From Cyanophora paradoxa CCMP329 (taxonomy: Eukaryota > Plantae > Glaucophyta), in the NCBI GenBank assembly GCA_004431415.1, contig QPMI01000097.1:127409-191408 (forward strand): a stretch of 64,000 nt of DNA, read 5' to 3'. This document shows, piece after piece, positions 43,182-55,629 of the stretch. The stretch's first letter is position 1; the number at the start of each line of letters is the position of its first letter. The translations under genes were made by a program, and so were the position numbers. The notes below the pieces were generated by a model that was given only the letters and a program-made list of their open reading frames with translations, had not been told where the DNA came from and searched no databases.

Positions 43182-45913
43182 TCAGGGGGCGGGGCGGGAG
43201 AGGCGCTTGCGGTCGAGGTTGGGGCGGGGGCGAAGCGGGGCGGCGCCGGCGGTGCTGGCGGTCAGGTGCTCGCTCACGACGTACTGGTCCTGCCGCGACG
43301 GGCCCTGCGCGGGCGCCACGCTCAGGCGAGCCCGGGGTGCGGCCCGGGCGCGGGGGCAGGGGGCGTGCCTGGGCGAGGAGGGGCGGGGGCAGGGCGAGGG
43401 CCCCCCGCACGAGGGTGTTGACGCGGGCGAGGCGCGCCGGGGGCACAGGCGTGAGGATGTGCAGCACGCCCCGCGCCGTGTCGATCCCCCGCACGATGCC
43501 TGCCGCCCCCTCGCCGCTATGCCGCCGGGCGGGGCGGGGTGCGGGGCGCACCGAGGCCCTCGCAGTGGGCGAGGGGCGGCTCGGCGAGGAAGTGGGGCAG
43601 CGGGGCGCCGACCCCGGCGCGCGGCTCGTCCCCCGGGGCCGCCGGGAGCCCCGCGGGGCGCATGGGCCGCGGGTCGGCGACGAGGGCCACGAGGGCGGCG
43701 TTGAAGGCGTAGTACGCCTGGCTCCTCGGCACCTGCGGCCCCGCGCTCGGGCGCGGGCGAGAGTGCGGGGGGCGGGCCGGGCGGGCGGGGGGCGGGGCGG
43801 ACGGGGCGTGGAGGGCGTGGAGGCGGAGGGCGGCGGCGGGACCTCGTAGGGGCGACGCGGCAGAGCTCCACGCCCGCCCACGCGAGCAGCTCCCGCCCCT
43901 CCGCCGGCGAGCACGCCGCCGGCGGCCGCGCCGGCCCCGCCGCGAGCGGGGAGCACCGCGCGAGGTACGAGGCCACCTGCAGCGCCCGCGCCTCCGCCGC
44001 GCCCAGCGCCCCGCCCCTGGCCCGCGTCGGGCCCGCGCGGGGGCGCCCCCCGCGCGGCGGCTCACCTGGAGGGGCCGGCGGCGCTGCGGAGGGCGATGAC
44101 GCGCACGTCGGGCGGGGCGCCAAAGGCGGCCGGCTCGAGGGGCGCGAGGGCGCGGCGGGCGGAAGCGGCCCCCGCGGCGGGGCCGATCTGGAGGACGGCG
44201 GTGGGGGCGACGGCGCGGAGCACCTCGAGCAGCAGGTCCCGCCCGAGGCCTGCGCGCCCGCCCCTCGGGAAAGGAAGCGCTGGAAGAGAGAGGGGCGGGG
44301 CGGGGGCGGACCCTGGACCCAGCCGTGGGTGTTGACGACGAGGGGCACGCGGGCGGCGTGCGTGGCGGCGGCGAAGCGGACGGCGCGGAGGTACAGCGCG
44401 GGGTCCCGCTGCGGCGTCGTCTCCCCCACGAACACCGCCCTGCGGCCCTCTCAGCCGCCGCCCCGCCACGCTCGGCGGCGCCCGCACCGCAGCGGCTCCC
44501 GCAGGTGCGTGTGCGGCGGCCCTGCGCGCGCTCGCTCGCCCCGGCGGGGCGCGGCGCGGCGCGGGGCGGGGCGGGGGCGCGCCGAAGAGCGGGGCGGCGA
44601 GGAGGGTGAGGGAGACGAGGCCCGGGGGCGTGAACTCGCTCTGCCCGAGGTCCGTCTCCAGGTACGCCGCCGCCCCGTGCCTGCGCGGGCCCGCCCCGTC
44701 GCGCCCCGGCCCGCCCCGGCTCGGACGCGGCGCGAGGGGCGCGGGGCGGACGCGTTGAGGGCCCGGTTGAGCAAGTAGCGGCAGAGGGTCGACTTGCCGC
44801 TGTCCTTCGCCCCGCACACCGCCACGACGGCGTCGGCAGCCCGCGGCCCCAGGCACGCCTCCGCCGCCGCCTCCCACTCCTCCGGCACCCGCAGCGCCCG
44901 CGCCGCCCCCTCCGAGACCTGGCCCCGGCCACCACTTCTCGCCCACGCGCCGCCGCAGCGTCGAGGGGCGCAACCGACCTCCTCCATGCCGGGCAGGCGC
45001 ATGTGCCTCCCGGAGCCGCGCCTGGAGACCCCGGCGACGTGCGCGCCGCGCGCCCACGCCGCCGCGTCCGCCGCCGCGCATTTCAGGACCACCAGCGCCG
45101 CCACCGCGCCCCTGCGCGCCGCGCTCGCTTCAGATTACGCGCAGCTTCGCGAGCCGCGGGCGGGCCGCGCCTTCGGCCTCCACCGCGGCGCGCGCTGCGG
45201 CCGCCGCGGAGGCGAGGGGCCCGCGGCGCCCTCCTCGTCGCTCTCGGCCTCCTCGTCGGGCGCGGCGGCGTCGGCGGCGCGCTCGTGCGGGCGCGGGGCG
45301 GCGCCGGCCTCCGCCGGGGGCAGCGCCTCGACGCCGAGCGCCGCGAAGTCGTGTGGCGCGTAGAGCGCGTGGTACGCCCGCCCGGCGCCGAGGACGTGCC
45401 CGTAGATCCGCACCCGTCCCTCCAGGACGCGCAGCAAGACGCGCCCATGGAAAAGGAACGTCTGCGCTCCTGTCAGCCGTGCTTACCGCCCGACGATCGC
45501 GATCGGGCACCTCGCTCGGCCGCAGAGCGCGAACAAGCTTGTGCTTCTCGCCGACGCGCGCGACTGCGGCGCTGATATGCGCATCGTCTTGAGCTTCCTC
45601 GCTCCCTTGCGCGGAGACAGAGTCCTCGCCGCTCTCAGCTGCACCAAGCCCGAGCTGGAGTTCGCCCTGCTCTTCGTCTTCCCTGCGAGGCGGTGAGCGC
45701 GGAGGCAGCACGCGAGCGTGTGCAGGCGCACGACTCATTCGAGTCAGACAGCGACGCGGGCGCCGCCGGGGACGAGGCCCTCCGCCGCTTCCGGGCCCGC
45801 GCCCCGCCTGCGGCCGCCCAGTCGCGTCACGAACGGCGCGGCATGCACCTGGCGAGACAGGACTCACCGGAGCTCAGCGCGCACGCCACCTGGAGCCTAG
45901 CCAACCGCAGCAT
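43182..45913 (-). CDS. NOL9: Polynucleotide 5'-hydroxyl kinase NOL9/Grc3 (start uncertain, 45738 or 45913)
   Basis: Walker A VCGAKDSGKSTLCRYLLN, YLETDLGQSEFTPPG, FVGETTP, PLVVNTHGWVQG, CEGLG|IVRGID...LHILTPV. Confidence 0.92.
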
Positions 45914-46185
45914 CGCTACGTCTACCCCCCGCGGCCGAGCAGCAGCGCAGATATAGCTGCAGCTATAGCTCGAGTGTCCAACGGTCTATTGCTTGCTCTC
46001 CCTCTCTCTCCGATCCCGCAGCTAGCGCTGGCTCGCTAGCTCGACGGTCCCAGCGCACGTGCAGCAAGATCGCGTACAGGAGGATCGCGTGCAGGGCCTC
46101 GCCAGATTAGGCGTGAAATATCCTAGTGAAACACGGAATGAAAGTACAAAATTGGGGCGAAGCGACGGGGCCACGGGGCGCGGGC

Positions 46186-47631
46186 TCAGGCGGTGGCCCC
46201 GCGCGACTCGACCATGCCGTCCTTCGAGCCCTTGGCGAGCAGCCACGGGGGCACGCTCACGACCTGCGCGGCGCCGGCGTGGGCGCAGTGGCGGGGACGG
46301 GGCGGGGGCGGGGGCGGGGCGGACGTTGCGCGGGAGGCGGTCGATGACGTACTGGCCGGCGATGTGCAGGCAGACGACCTGCGGCGCGGGGCCTCAGCGG
46401 GGCCGGCAGTGCGGGTGTGCGGGGCGGCGCGCCTGGGCGAGCGCGTTCGCCACGAAGACGGCGAGGACGGCGAGCGTGACCTGCAACGGCCGCCTCAGGG
46501 CTCGGCGGGGCGGGGCGGGGCGGGGTGGGGCGGGGCGGGGCGGCGGGCCTGCGTGACGGTGAACTGGAAGGCGCCCTTGAAGAGCTTGGGGGAGACGACG
46601 TTGTTGAGAAGCTTCGTGAAGGCGGCGACGATCCGGCTGAAGATGTCGCTCCCCAGCACCACGCTGAAGACCTTGATCTGGCCCAGCAGGCCCACCGTCT
46701 TCACCACCGTCCCCAGCGGGATCGAGAGCACCCACGGCATGCGGTACTTCCACGCCGTTCCGAAGAAGCCTGCGCCCCCGTGGCCTGTGAGGAGGGGCCG
46801 AGAGGGGGAGTCCTAGTGGAGTTGTCGCGGGTCGGGAACCTACCCGCGAGGATTCCGGCGCCGAAAAAGAAATTGAAGACACCAAGGACGCTCTGCTGGC
46901 TAGCGGTAGCCACCAGGAAGGAAGCCACTGCGAAGGTCTTGAACCCTGCAAGAACAGATTAGCCGGTGCGGCACGCGCGCGCGCGTATGCGGTGGACGGC
47001 CCCTCCGGCACCTTGCGCAGCGTTCCAGCGGAGCATGGCGATGGCGATGGGAAGCCCGGCGGCCGAATTCATGATGAACTTGAGCGGCGGCGCGCCCAGC
47101 AGCGGCGCAGTGACGAACGCCAGCCACGAGAGGCTCGCCAGGAAGGCGCTCTCGACGATTGGCAACGCGTTCTGGTCACGCAGATTGAAGGCTTCAGGAT
47201 CTGACTCGTCCACCTGCGCAGCGGCGGCGATGAGCGAGCCGGCGGCATAACTGTAGTGGCTCCAGCTGGCGAACCGAAGAGAAGTTGTCGAAGCTCGTCT
47301 CGCCGGCGGCATCGGGATTGAAAACGAGTGCCGGTTTGGAGGCATCGCTGGCGCTCGAGCTCGCTGTGGCATCTTCGTGGAGGGCGACAGACCACGGTCG
47401 GCTTGGCGGATGCAGCCGGGCGTGGCCGAACGGAACAGTCAGTCGAGGAACACATGCGCCGTGGAACGCTGTCGTGTAGCTCCCGAGAAACGCGCGCCGG
47501 AGCTGGTGGACGGTGGCGGCGACATGGGCGCTGCGCTCCTCGTGCCGGCTGGCTACATCCGAGGACCAGGGTAGCGTGCACGCAGCTGCGTGGCGAAGAG
47601 CGACCGCGGGGCCGCAGAAGGCGGTAGGCAT
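46186..47631 (-). CDS. Plastid-targeted DUF2232 family membrane protein (cyanobacterial type)
   Basis: MPTAF presequence; IVESAFLAS, LPIAIAMLRW, WKYRMPWVLSIPLGT, VLGSDIF and terminal PPW resemble cyanobacterial DUF2232 proteins. Confidence 0.75.
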
Positions 47632-48079
47632 GACGAGTTTTTGTCTACCCCTTCGAACTAACCCCACGCTGACCGCTGGGCCAGCCTTAGGGGACTCGGC
47701 ATTCGCCAGCGCGTACGGGCCTGCAGGCCTGAACGCAAAGCCATCCGACTACGGTCCAACGACCGAGCGCTGGGAAGCGTTGCACTGGCGGTGTGACTCA
47801 ATACCGAATTACGAGGGAGGTCGGTTCCGCGCGGACGCGTACGTACAGCATAAACTTGTTCCTTGTGTGGAAAAATACAGCTTGCTCGGAACACGCAGCG
47901 CGCTGAAGCGCTGGCCTGCAGCTGCAGCCGGCAAGCACCAGTTGGCCGCCCGGCGGCCAACTGGTCACGAGACTCACTGCGTCTTCGGCATTGTCGGGGT
48001 TTGAGGGCGCGGAGGGCGTGGACGTACACTTCCGTACGTTCGCCTCTCGGATATCGGGTCCGCCCGCGCCGCCGTCACC

Positions 48080-51000
48080 ATGCGGGAGCGCCGTCGCTCG
48101 TCGGCGGCCTCGACGGGGAGCCTGTGCTCGGGCGATGAGGCGACTGTCAGCCGCCGGAAGAACTCCCGCACAGGCTCGCACGGCGGGAGAGCAGGCGGGG
48201 CCAAGGTGGAGGCGGCGGACCTAGGCCTCTTCGCGGTGCTCCTCCTGGCGGCGAGCTGCGCGAGCACGCTGTCGAGCGACGATCTCTCCGGCGCAACGAA
48301 GGCGCTCACCATCGCCGGCCTCGCCCTCCCGGCGGCCGTGAGCCTCGCCGCGCCGGGGCGGGCGCGGGCGGCGGCCGCCGCGTGGGTCGCGGCGGCGGCT
48401 AGCGTGGCGGCGTCGCTGGTGGGAAGCGCCGCGGGCCCGGGGGCCGGGCATCACCAGCTGGCGTTCACCCTCGCCTGCTGCGCCACGTACGCCTCGGTGC
48501 AGCTCGCGCCGGGGGCCTGCGCCGCCACCCTCCTCGTCGTCGCGTGCGGCTCCTGCCTCGCGGCGGGCCCCCCCGGCCTCTTCGCCCCGCTCCAGCTTGC
48601 CTCCGTCGTCGCCGTCGTGCGCCGCCCGGCTTCCGTGCCGGTGGGCGCGGGGGGTGACGCGGCGGGCCCGGGGGCGCAGCTGCGGGGGCGGGAGAAGGAG
48701 GCGGCGGCGGGCCTGCAGGAGGCGCAGAGCAAGAGACGCGAGGCCGAGGCCGTCAAGTGCGCGATCAAATTTGGTGTTCCAGCTCTTCCGCGCGAGTGTG
48801 ACCCCCGAGCGCGCCCCCCGGCAGGCTCTCCTTCCTCTCCAACGCCCGCCCCTCCCGCCCCGCCCCCGCCCGCCCGGCCCCCCCCCGAGACCGCCGCGCA
48901 GATCTCGCACGAGCTGCGCAGCCCCTTGTCCGGCATCCTCGGCACCTGGTGCCCTCGCCCGCAGACGCGCCCCCGCCGGCCGCGACGCTCGCTGAGGGGC
49001 GCCCGCAGGGAGCTCCTCATGGCGCGCCGCCGCGCCCCGCCCCGCGCCGCCGGTGTGAGGGGAGGGCCGTTGCAGGAAACGGAGCTGAGCGGGAGCCAGG
49101 CGGAGCTCCTGACGATGCTCGGCAGCGCCGCCGGCGGCATGCTCGAGATCGGTACGCGCGCGGGGCGGGGCACGAGGCGGGCTGGGCGGGGGGAGGGAGG
49201 GCCGAGGGCGGGCGGGGGCCGGGGGCAGTGAACGAGCTGCTGGAGTACACGAAGCTGCAGAGCGGGCACGTGCGGGTCCGCAGCGCGCCCTTCCGTATGC
49301 GCGAGTGCCTCAAGGATGCCATCTCCGCCGCCTGGTCCACCGCCAAGGCCCGCCCCCCTTGGCCCCCGCCCCCCGCCCCGCCCCCCTCTCCTCTTTTCCC
49401 TTCTGAGCTGGCGGAGCGGGGGGGCAGGCGAAGAACATCCCGATGTCGCTGGTGGTCGAGGCCGGGGCGGACCAGTGGTTCCGTAGTGACGCCCAGAAGC
49501 TGAGACAGGTCGTGCTCAACTATCTATTCAACGCTGTAAAATTGAGTGTTTGGTTTCGATTGGGGGGAAGCGGGTTGGCTCACGGGGCGCAGTTCTCGAG
49601 CGAGGGCGAGGTGGTGGTGCGGGTCGGCGTGGAGGCGGCGGGGGCGCGGGGCGAGGAGGGGGAGTGGTGCGCGGGGGGCGGCGCGCCCCGGGCGCCGCGG
49701 GAGGGCGAGGAGCTGGTGTGCGTGCGGGTGGCGGACTGCGGGCCGGGGATCGCGCGGGAGGACTTTCCCCGCCTCTTCCAGCGGTTCTCCCAGCTCGGCG
49801 ACGTCTACACCAACAAGTCCAAGGGCACCGGCCTCGGCACGCCCGCCCCCCCGCCCGCCCCCCCGCTCGCGGCGCCCCCCGCCGCCCCCGCCGCTCACGG
49901 CCCCCGCGCGCAGGGCTGAGCATCTGCAGGGAGATCGCGGAGGCGATGCAGGGGGCGGTGGGGCTGACGTCGGACCCCGAGCGCGGCGGCTCCACCTTCT
50001 TCTTCCGCGTGCCCCTCCGCCGCCACGAGCCGGGCCAGCCCCCCGGCCCCGCCCAGGCCGGCGGCCCTCCGGCCGAGCTCGAGGAAGCGGCGGGGCGGGC
50101 CGGCGGGGAGGAGCGCGGGGCGGCGCCGGAGGAGCCGTTCGTGAAGCGCTGGGTCCCCGTCGCCACCCGCGGGAGCTTCGTGCGGCACGGGTCGGAGGGG
50201 GTGATGTCGCATCAGAGCTCGCAGGCGGAGGGGCCGGGGCCGGGCGAGGTGCGCTGGCGCGGGGGCGAGGCGGGGCCCGGCGAGGAGGGCTCGGAGGCGG
50301 CGGCGAGCCCGCGGCCCTCCTTCCAGGTGGTCCTCGAGACGGCGGCCCCCGGGACGGGCCGCCCCGCCCGCATCCTCGTCCCCTCCACCGAGTTCGGGGG
50401 GGCGGGCGCCTCGCTGCGCTGCGTCGTGCCCTACGCCACCCTCGCCGCCTTCGTCCGCGACCTCGAGCGCGGCGCCGGCCGCCGCCCCGACCAGCCCCGC
50501 GCCGGCCCCGCCTCCCTCCCCTCCTCCCCTCGCCGCCCGCCGGCCTCGCAGCACAGCTCCCCGGGCTGCCGCCCTCCAGGGCGAGCCGGAGAGCCCGCCG
50601 CAGGGCGGCTGCCGACCGGCGGGGGACCCTCGTCGCCGGCCTCGCCGGGCCTCGGGGTGGCGGGCCTGGGCCCCCTCCTGCCCCCGCCCGCCCGCCGCAC
50701 CAGCGTCGACGAGGCCGCCGGCCGCCGCCTCGTCGGCCCCGGGGAGGCCCAGCGCCGCTCCACCCTCCCCACCGCCGCCGCCGCTGCCATCGCCCACGCC
50801 GCCGCCGCTGCCGCCGCCGCCCACGCCGCCGGCGCCGCCGCCGCCGCGCAGGAGCACAACCCGCAGGCGCGCAGCTCGCCGCCGGCGCGCCTGGGGGCCG
50901 CCGCGCCGCCCTCCCTCCTGCGCTCCGCCCTGCTCGCCGCCTCCGGGCCGAGCGCGGCTTCGATGTCCTCGCCTCCGAGGGGTGCGCCGGCGCCGCCCCG

Positions 51001-51995
51001 CCGCCTCGCCGGCCCGCGACAAGGACGCAGGGAGGGCGTGCGGGGCCGGCGGGGCGGCGGGCGAGCATCCCCTCGGGCTCTGCGTGCGGCCCCGCCTCGC
51101 CTCGCCCGCCCTCCGCGCCGCGCCGCGGGGGTCCTCACGGGGGCGGCAGGGAGGCGCGGGGCGTGCCGCTCGGTCTCGCCTCCCTCTCTTCCGCCCTCCA
51201 CGCGCCCCTCGCCGCCGGCCCGTCGAGCTCGCCGGCGCCGGCCGCCTCCTCGCCCCGCGAGCCGCCCCGGCACGCCCCGCCGAGGCGGCGGCGGCCGAGC
51301 TGGGGAAGGCGAGCGGGGGGCCTGCTGGGGGCGGTGCGGAGGGCGCGTTCCGGCCCCGTGTGCTGCTCGTGGACGGTCCGCCCCGCTTCTGCCGGCGCCT
51401 CGGCGAGCTGGAGCTGACGGCGGGGCGGGGCGGGGCGGGCAGACGAGCGGATTAACCTGCGGGTGGCGCAGACGATGCTGCAGGCCCTCGGCTGCGACGT
51501 CGACGTCGAGGCCGACGGCCGCGCCGCCGTCGACCGCTTCGCAGCCTCCCTCCGCCACGGGCCCCCCTACAACCTCGTCGTCATGGACCAGCAGGCCCGC
51601 CCGCCCCGCGCCCCGCCCCCGGCGGCGGCGGCCGAGGGCCGGGGCGCAGATGCCGGTGTTGAACGGGCTGGACGCGACGCGGGCGATCCGGGAGATGCTG
51701 GGCGAGGCGCCCGGGCCGCCCGTGCTGGGCCTCACGGCCAACGCGAGCGCCGAGTCGCGCGCCCTCTGCCTCGCCGCCGGCATGGCCGACGTGCGCCGCC
51801 CGCCCGCCCCCTCCTCGCCGCCCCGCCCCGGCCCCCACGGGGCGGCCCGCGCAGGTCTTCACGAAGCCCTTCCGCAAGAGGGACCTCCGCGAGCTCCTCG
51901 AGCGCTGGGCCGGCCTCCCCCCCGCCCCCTCCCCCTCCCCGAACCCCACCCCCCGCCCCGCGGGGGCGCCCCCGCCCGCCCCCGCCGGCCCCTAG
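48080..51995 (+). CDS. Membrane-bound hybrid sensor histidine kinase (TM-HisKA-HATPase-REC)
   Basis: H-box ISHELRSPLSGILG, N-box LRQVVLNYLFNAVK, G1 VADCGPGI, F-box LFQRFSQ, G2 GTGLG|LSIC; receiver VLLVD|D, VVMDQQ|MPVLNG, LTAN, FTKP. Confidence 0.95.
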
Positions 51996-52233
51996 CCGCC
52001 CTGCCCCCACCCCTCCGGCGGCGCGTGACCTATCTTCATCGTCCACGAGAGCGCTTCGCGTCACATGTATACGCATCTGACGCCGACTCCTCTACCCGTG
52101 CCAAGCCACTGAACCCGACTCCTGCACTCGCGCGGTCGCCCTCTCGCGCCGAACGAAAGCAGCCCCGAGCCGGGCAGAGAACAAGGGGCCGTGGATGCAG
52201 ACGCGTTTGTATTGGTACAGCGGGGAAGCGAGC

Positions 52234-53518
52234 CTAGGAGTACTTCTCGGCGAAGCGGTCGAAGCCCTGCGCGCGCGCGCGCGGGCGGTCAGCGGGGGGC
52301 GGGGCGGGCGGGGCGGGCGGGGCGAGCCTTCTCGAGGGCGGTGTACTGCATGGACCACTCGGAGTTGGGGTGCTTCTCGCGGAGGGCGGTGACGTACTTG
52401 GCGATGGCCTCCTGGGAGCGCCGGTTGTGGTGGAAGACGGCGACGAGGTTCATCATCGCCTCCGCGCTGTTCCCGTCCTGCGCCCCGCCCCGCCCCGCCT
52501 CAGCGCCCCGCCCCGCGTCGCCCCGCGTGGCCGGGCTGGGCGGGGGCGGGCCTTGGTGATGGCGTCGAGCAGGAGCTTCTCGGCCTCCTCGAACTTGCCG
52601 AGGGTCATCTGGCACACCGCCATCCCGTTGAGCAGCATCGCCGACGACGCGTACCGCTCCGACAGGTCCTGCAGGATCGTGAACGACTCCTGCACCTTGC
52701 TCCCGCCCTGCCCGCCCCCGCCCCTCAGCGACGCCCGCGACCCCCGCCCCGCCAGCGCCCGGCGAGCGGGCCGGCGGGCGGTTGGGGCGGCCTGCCTGGG
52801 CCATGCCGACGAAGGCGGTGGCGAGCTGCGTGAGGGTCGCGTCGTCCTCCGCCTGCTGCATGGCCCGCAGCTGCTTCTCCGCCACGTCGATGCGGTCGAT
52901 GCGGATCAGCGTCTGGATGCTCATGTACTGCCTGCGCCGTCCGCCGTCAGCGGCGCGCGCCACCGCCAGCCCGCGCAGCGCACATCTCGAGGGTGGTGCC
53001 CTGGTGCAGAGCACGCAGTGCTTCCTCGTAGTTCCGCTCGTGTGTGAAGATGGTGCCGGCGACGACCTGCAGGGTCGGGTTGTTCTGAGAGATGGGGTCG
53101 CTGAGCCACTCCTTCACGGTCATGAGCGCTATTTCCTTGTTGTCCTCGCTCGCCAGGTACGTCGCCAGCAGCTTCACGCTCTGCAGAGCGGTCGGCGCGC
53201 TGTCCTTGACCTCAGCCAGCACGGTCTTGTGGTTTCCAAGGCCGATGTGAGACCGGTACACAAAGACTTCTTTCTCGATCTTCAATGCCTCGGTCGTGGC
53301 TGTGACTGTCGCGGCCTCCTGCAGCGCCTTCTGAAACGCGCCTGCGGTGTCGCGGCCCGTGCTCAGAGGCAGCATGACGAACCGGAAATGCGTTCGCAAG
53401 GCGTAGCTATGGCTCCATGTGCGCGGAGGGGGTTTGGGTGTGCACAGGCAGACTAGGGCGCACCGAGGTAGAAGAAGTTGCGGAGCTCGAACAGCTCATC
53501 GGGAAGGCCGTCCGACAT
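52234..53518 (-). CDS. COPE: Coatomer subunit epsilon
   Basis: DELFELRNFFYL|GAFQ, KEVFVYRSHI, DDATLTQLATA, LLNGMAVCQM, FEEAEKLL, FDRF. Confidence 0.97.
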
Positions 53519-53564
53519 CGCTGAGGCCGGCCGAAGGTCGGTAAAATCGATGCCTGTACCCGGG

Positions 53565-53860
53565 TGCGGTTCCTCCCCCAGCAAGGCGCTTTTTGCTTCT
53601 CGAGCTCAGTCGCTCGGAGTGCGCCTTCTCTCAGTGCACATCCGGTTTGTGGAGAGAAGAGCCTGCGCAGCTCCTTGTTACAACTTGCATCCCCAGCTCC
53701 TTGTTACAACTTGCAGCCCACAGCCTGCGGAGGAACGTCAGACGCCGCATCCACATACAGCCGGCAGAGTTGCGGTTCCTCCCCCCAGCAAGTCGCTTTT
53801 TGCTTCTCGAGCTCAGTAGCTCCCATGCGCATCCGGTAGAGTGCAGCTCCTCGTTACAGC
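53565..53860. repeat. Nested direct repeats in a divergent promoter (~205-bp period with an internal 22-bp duplication)
   Basis: tgcggttcctccccc...gcttctcgagctcagt at 53565 and 53771; cagctccttgttacaacttgca at ~53668 and ~53694. Confidence 0.88.
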
Positions 53861-53872
53861 CGACAGAAATCG

Positions 53873-55145
53873 ATGGAGGATGCGGCGGACGCCGAGCTCG
53901 AGCTGGTCGAATGCCGCTTCGGGCCGGCCGAGGACCAAATGCTGAGCGTGTACGCGCGCAGCGTCATGAGGGAGGTGCGTCCTCGCAGTCTTGTAGCGTG
54001 CGAGCGCCGACCAGGGGGCGCAGACGATCCTTTCTGAGAACATCGATCTGACAGGTGCGAATCGAGCGCATCTCGCGGCGGCGCCGGTTGTCGCCGCCCC
54101 TGACTGAGTTCTTCGGTAGGGCACATGATCTGGCCGGTAAGGGCACCCCGCACTGGCTCCGGCCCGCCGTCTGCGCGCTCAGCGCGCAGTGACGTCCCCT
54201 CAGGGCGCGCGGCTGTGCCTACGCTACCTCCACTGGCTTCGCGCGCGCGACTGCTTCGGCGCCACATGTACAGCTGGGAAGATTAGGACGGCAGTAGAGC
54301 TTGGCGCGGGCTCTGGCCTGCCGGGTGTATTCTGCGCCCTGCAGGGGGCCCGCGCCGTCCTGACCGACGGCCTCGAGCACTGCCTACCGCTCATGCGGCG
54401 GAATGCCGAGCTCCACTCTCAAGGCGTCCATGCCCTCCTCTTTGGAGATGCCCTCCTCTTTCGAGATTGCCTCTGAATCCACCGGCAGCGCCGGGATGCG
54501 GTCCCATCGCGTGCGAACGCCTGTGGTCCGAGCGAAGCCCCGCATCGGCAGGGTGCTCGGGGCCGACGCGGGCGGCAGGTGGGGCGATGAGAAGGACACG
54601 CGGCGGGTGCTGGAGCACGCGCCCGGCGGGTACGACCTCGTCATCTGCGCGGACATCATCTACCCCGACGTCGGTGGGGCTCTCCCCGAGCTGATGGCCA
54701 CCTGCGCGCGGCTCCTCGCCCCCGGCGGGACCGTCCTCGTCTCCTACGTCCCCCGCTCCAAGCCCACCTCCCGTGCCTTCGTCCAGGCGCGTGCACAGCT
54801 CCCACCGCCCGGCTCGCCCTAGCCGCTGCTCATGGTCAACGGGCCCGAGGCGCGGGGCGGCGGGGGCAGGCGTCGTGGGGGGCGGGGCTGGAGGCGGAGC
54901 GGGTGGTGCAGACGGAGAGCTTCGCGCCGGAGGGCGAGGCGGCGCTCGCCGTAGCCGGCGCCACGATCGTCCTGCTGCGCGCGCGCCGCCCGGGGCCGGG
55001 GGCCTCGAGCTCGGAGGCGGCGCACGAGGCGCGCTTCCCGCGGGGGTGGCTGGTGAGCGACCCGCGCGCGGACTACAGCGACGACGACCTCGTCTGGGCC
55101 GCCCCCTTCGCCTCCGACGACGAGGACGGCCCCGGCCCCTACTAG
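53873..55145 (+). CDS. Seven-beta-strand protein methyltransferase, Methyltransf_16 (METTL21-like) family
   Basis: TG|HMIWP|GA, motif I VELGAGSGLPG, VLTD, RRNAELH, WG, YDLVICADIIY. Confidence 0.9.
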
Positions 55146-55629
55146 GGGCTAGGCCTCGAGCTCACTTCGACGCCCGCCCCGGCGCCGGCCAGCGCGCGCG
55201 CGCCCGCGGCCGCAGCGCTAGCTCGGTCTCCCTGGCATCCCGTTGGCATCCGGGTGCATGCGCGGGATTATCCACTAGGCTAGATCTGAGATATCGATAT
55301 CGATATCGACGGTTCTCAGCGCGCGTGGCGCGTCTAGCACGCCGACAAATTGAGTAGCCCCCTCGAGCACACCAGTGACACCAAACTCCTTCCGAGTTCT
55401 GCCTGCAATTGCAACCCTCCAGCCCGACACTCACGGCTGCGCGTACCGCAGAGTTTACCGTAGTACCGCAAACGGTGTTGACAACTAGTACTTCGTTGTT
55501 TGTTCGTGCTACGACGCGGCTACGTAGCGATAGGCTGCCAGCCAAGACCTACCAGCTGGGCGACGACCGCCGGCGCGTACAGCTGGAGACGCCAGTAGCC
55601 TGCGCTTCCCGCTCTTGTAGCGCTCAAAG

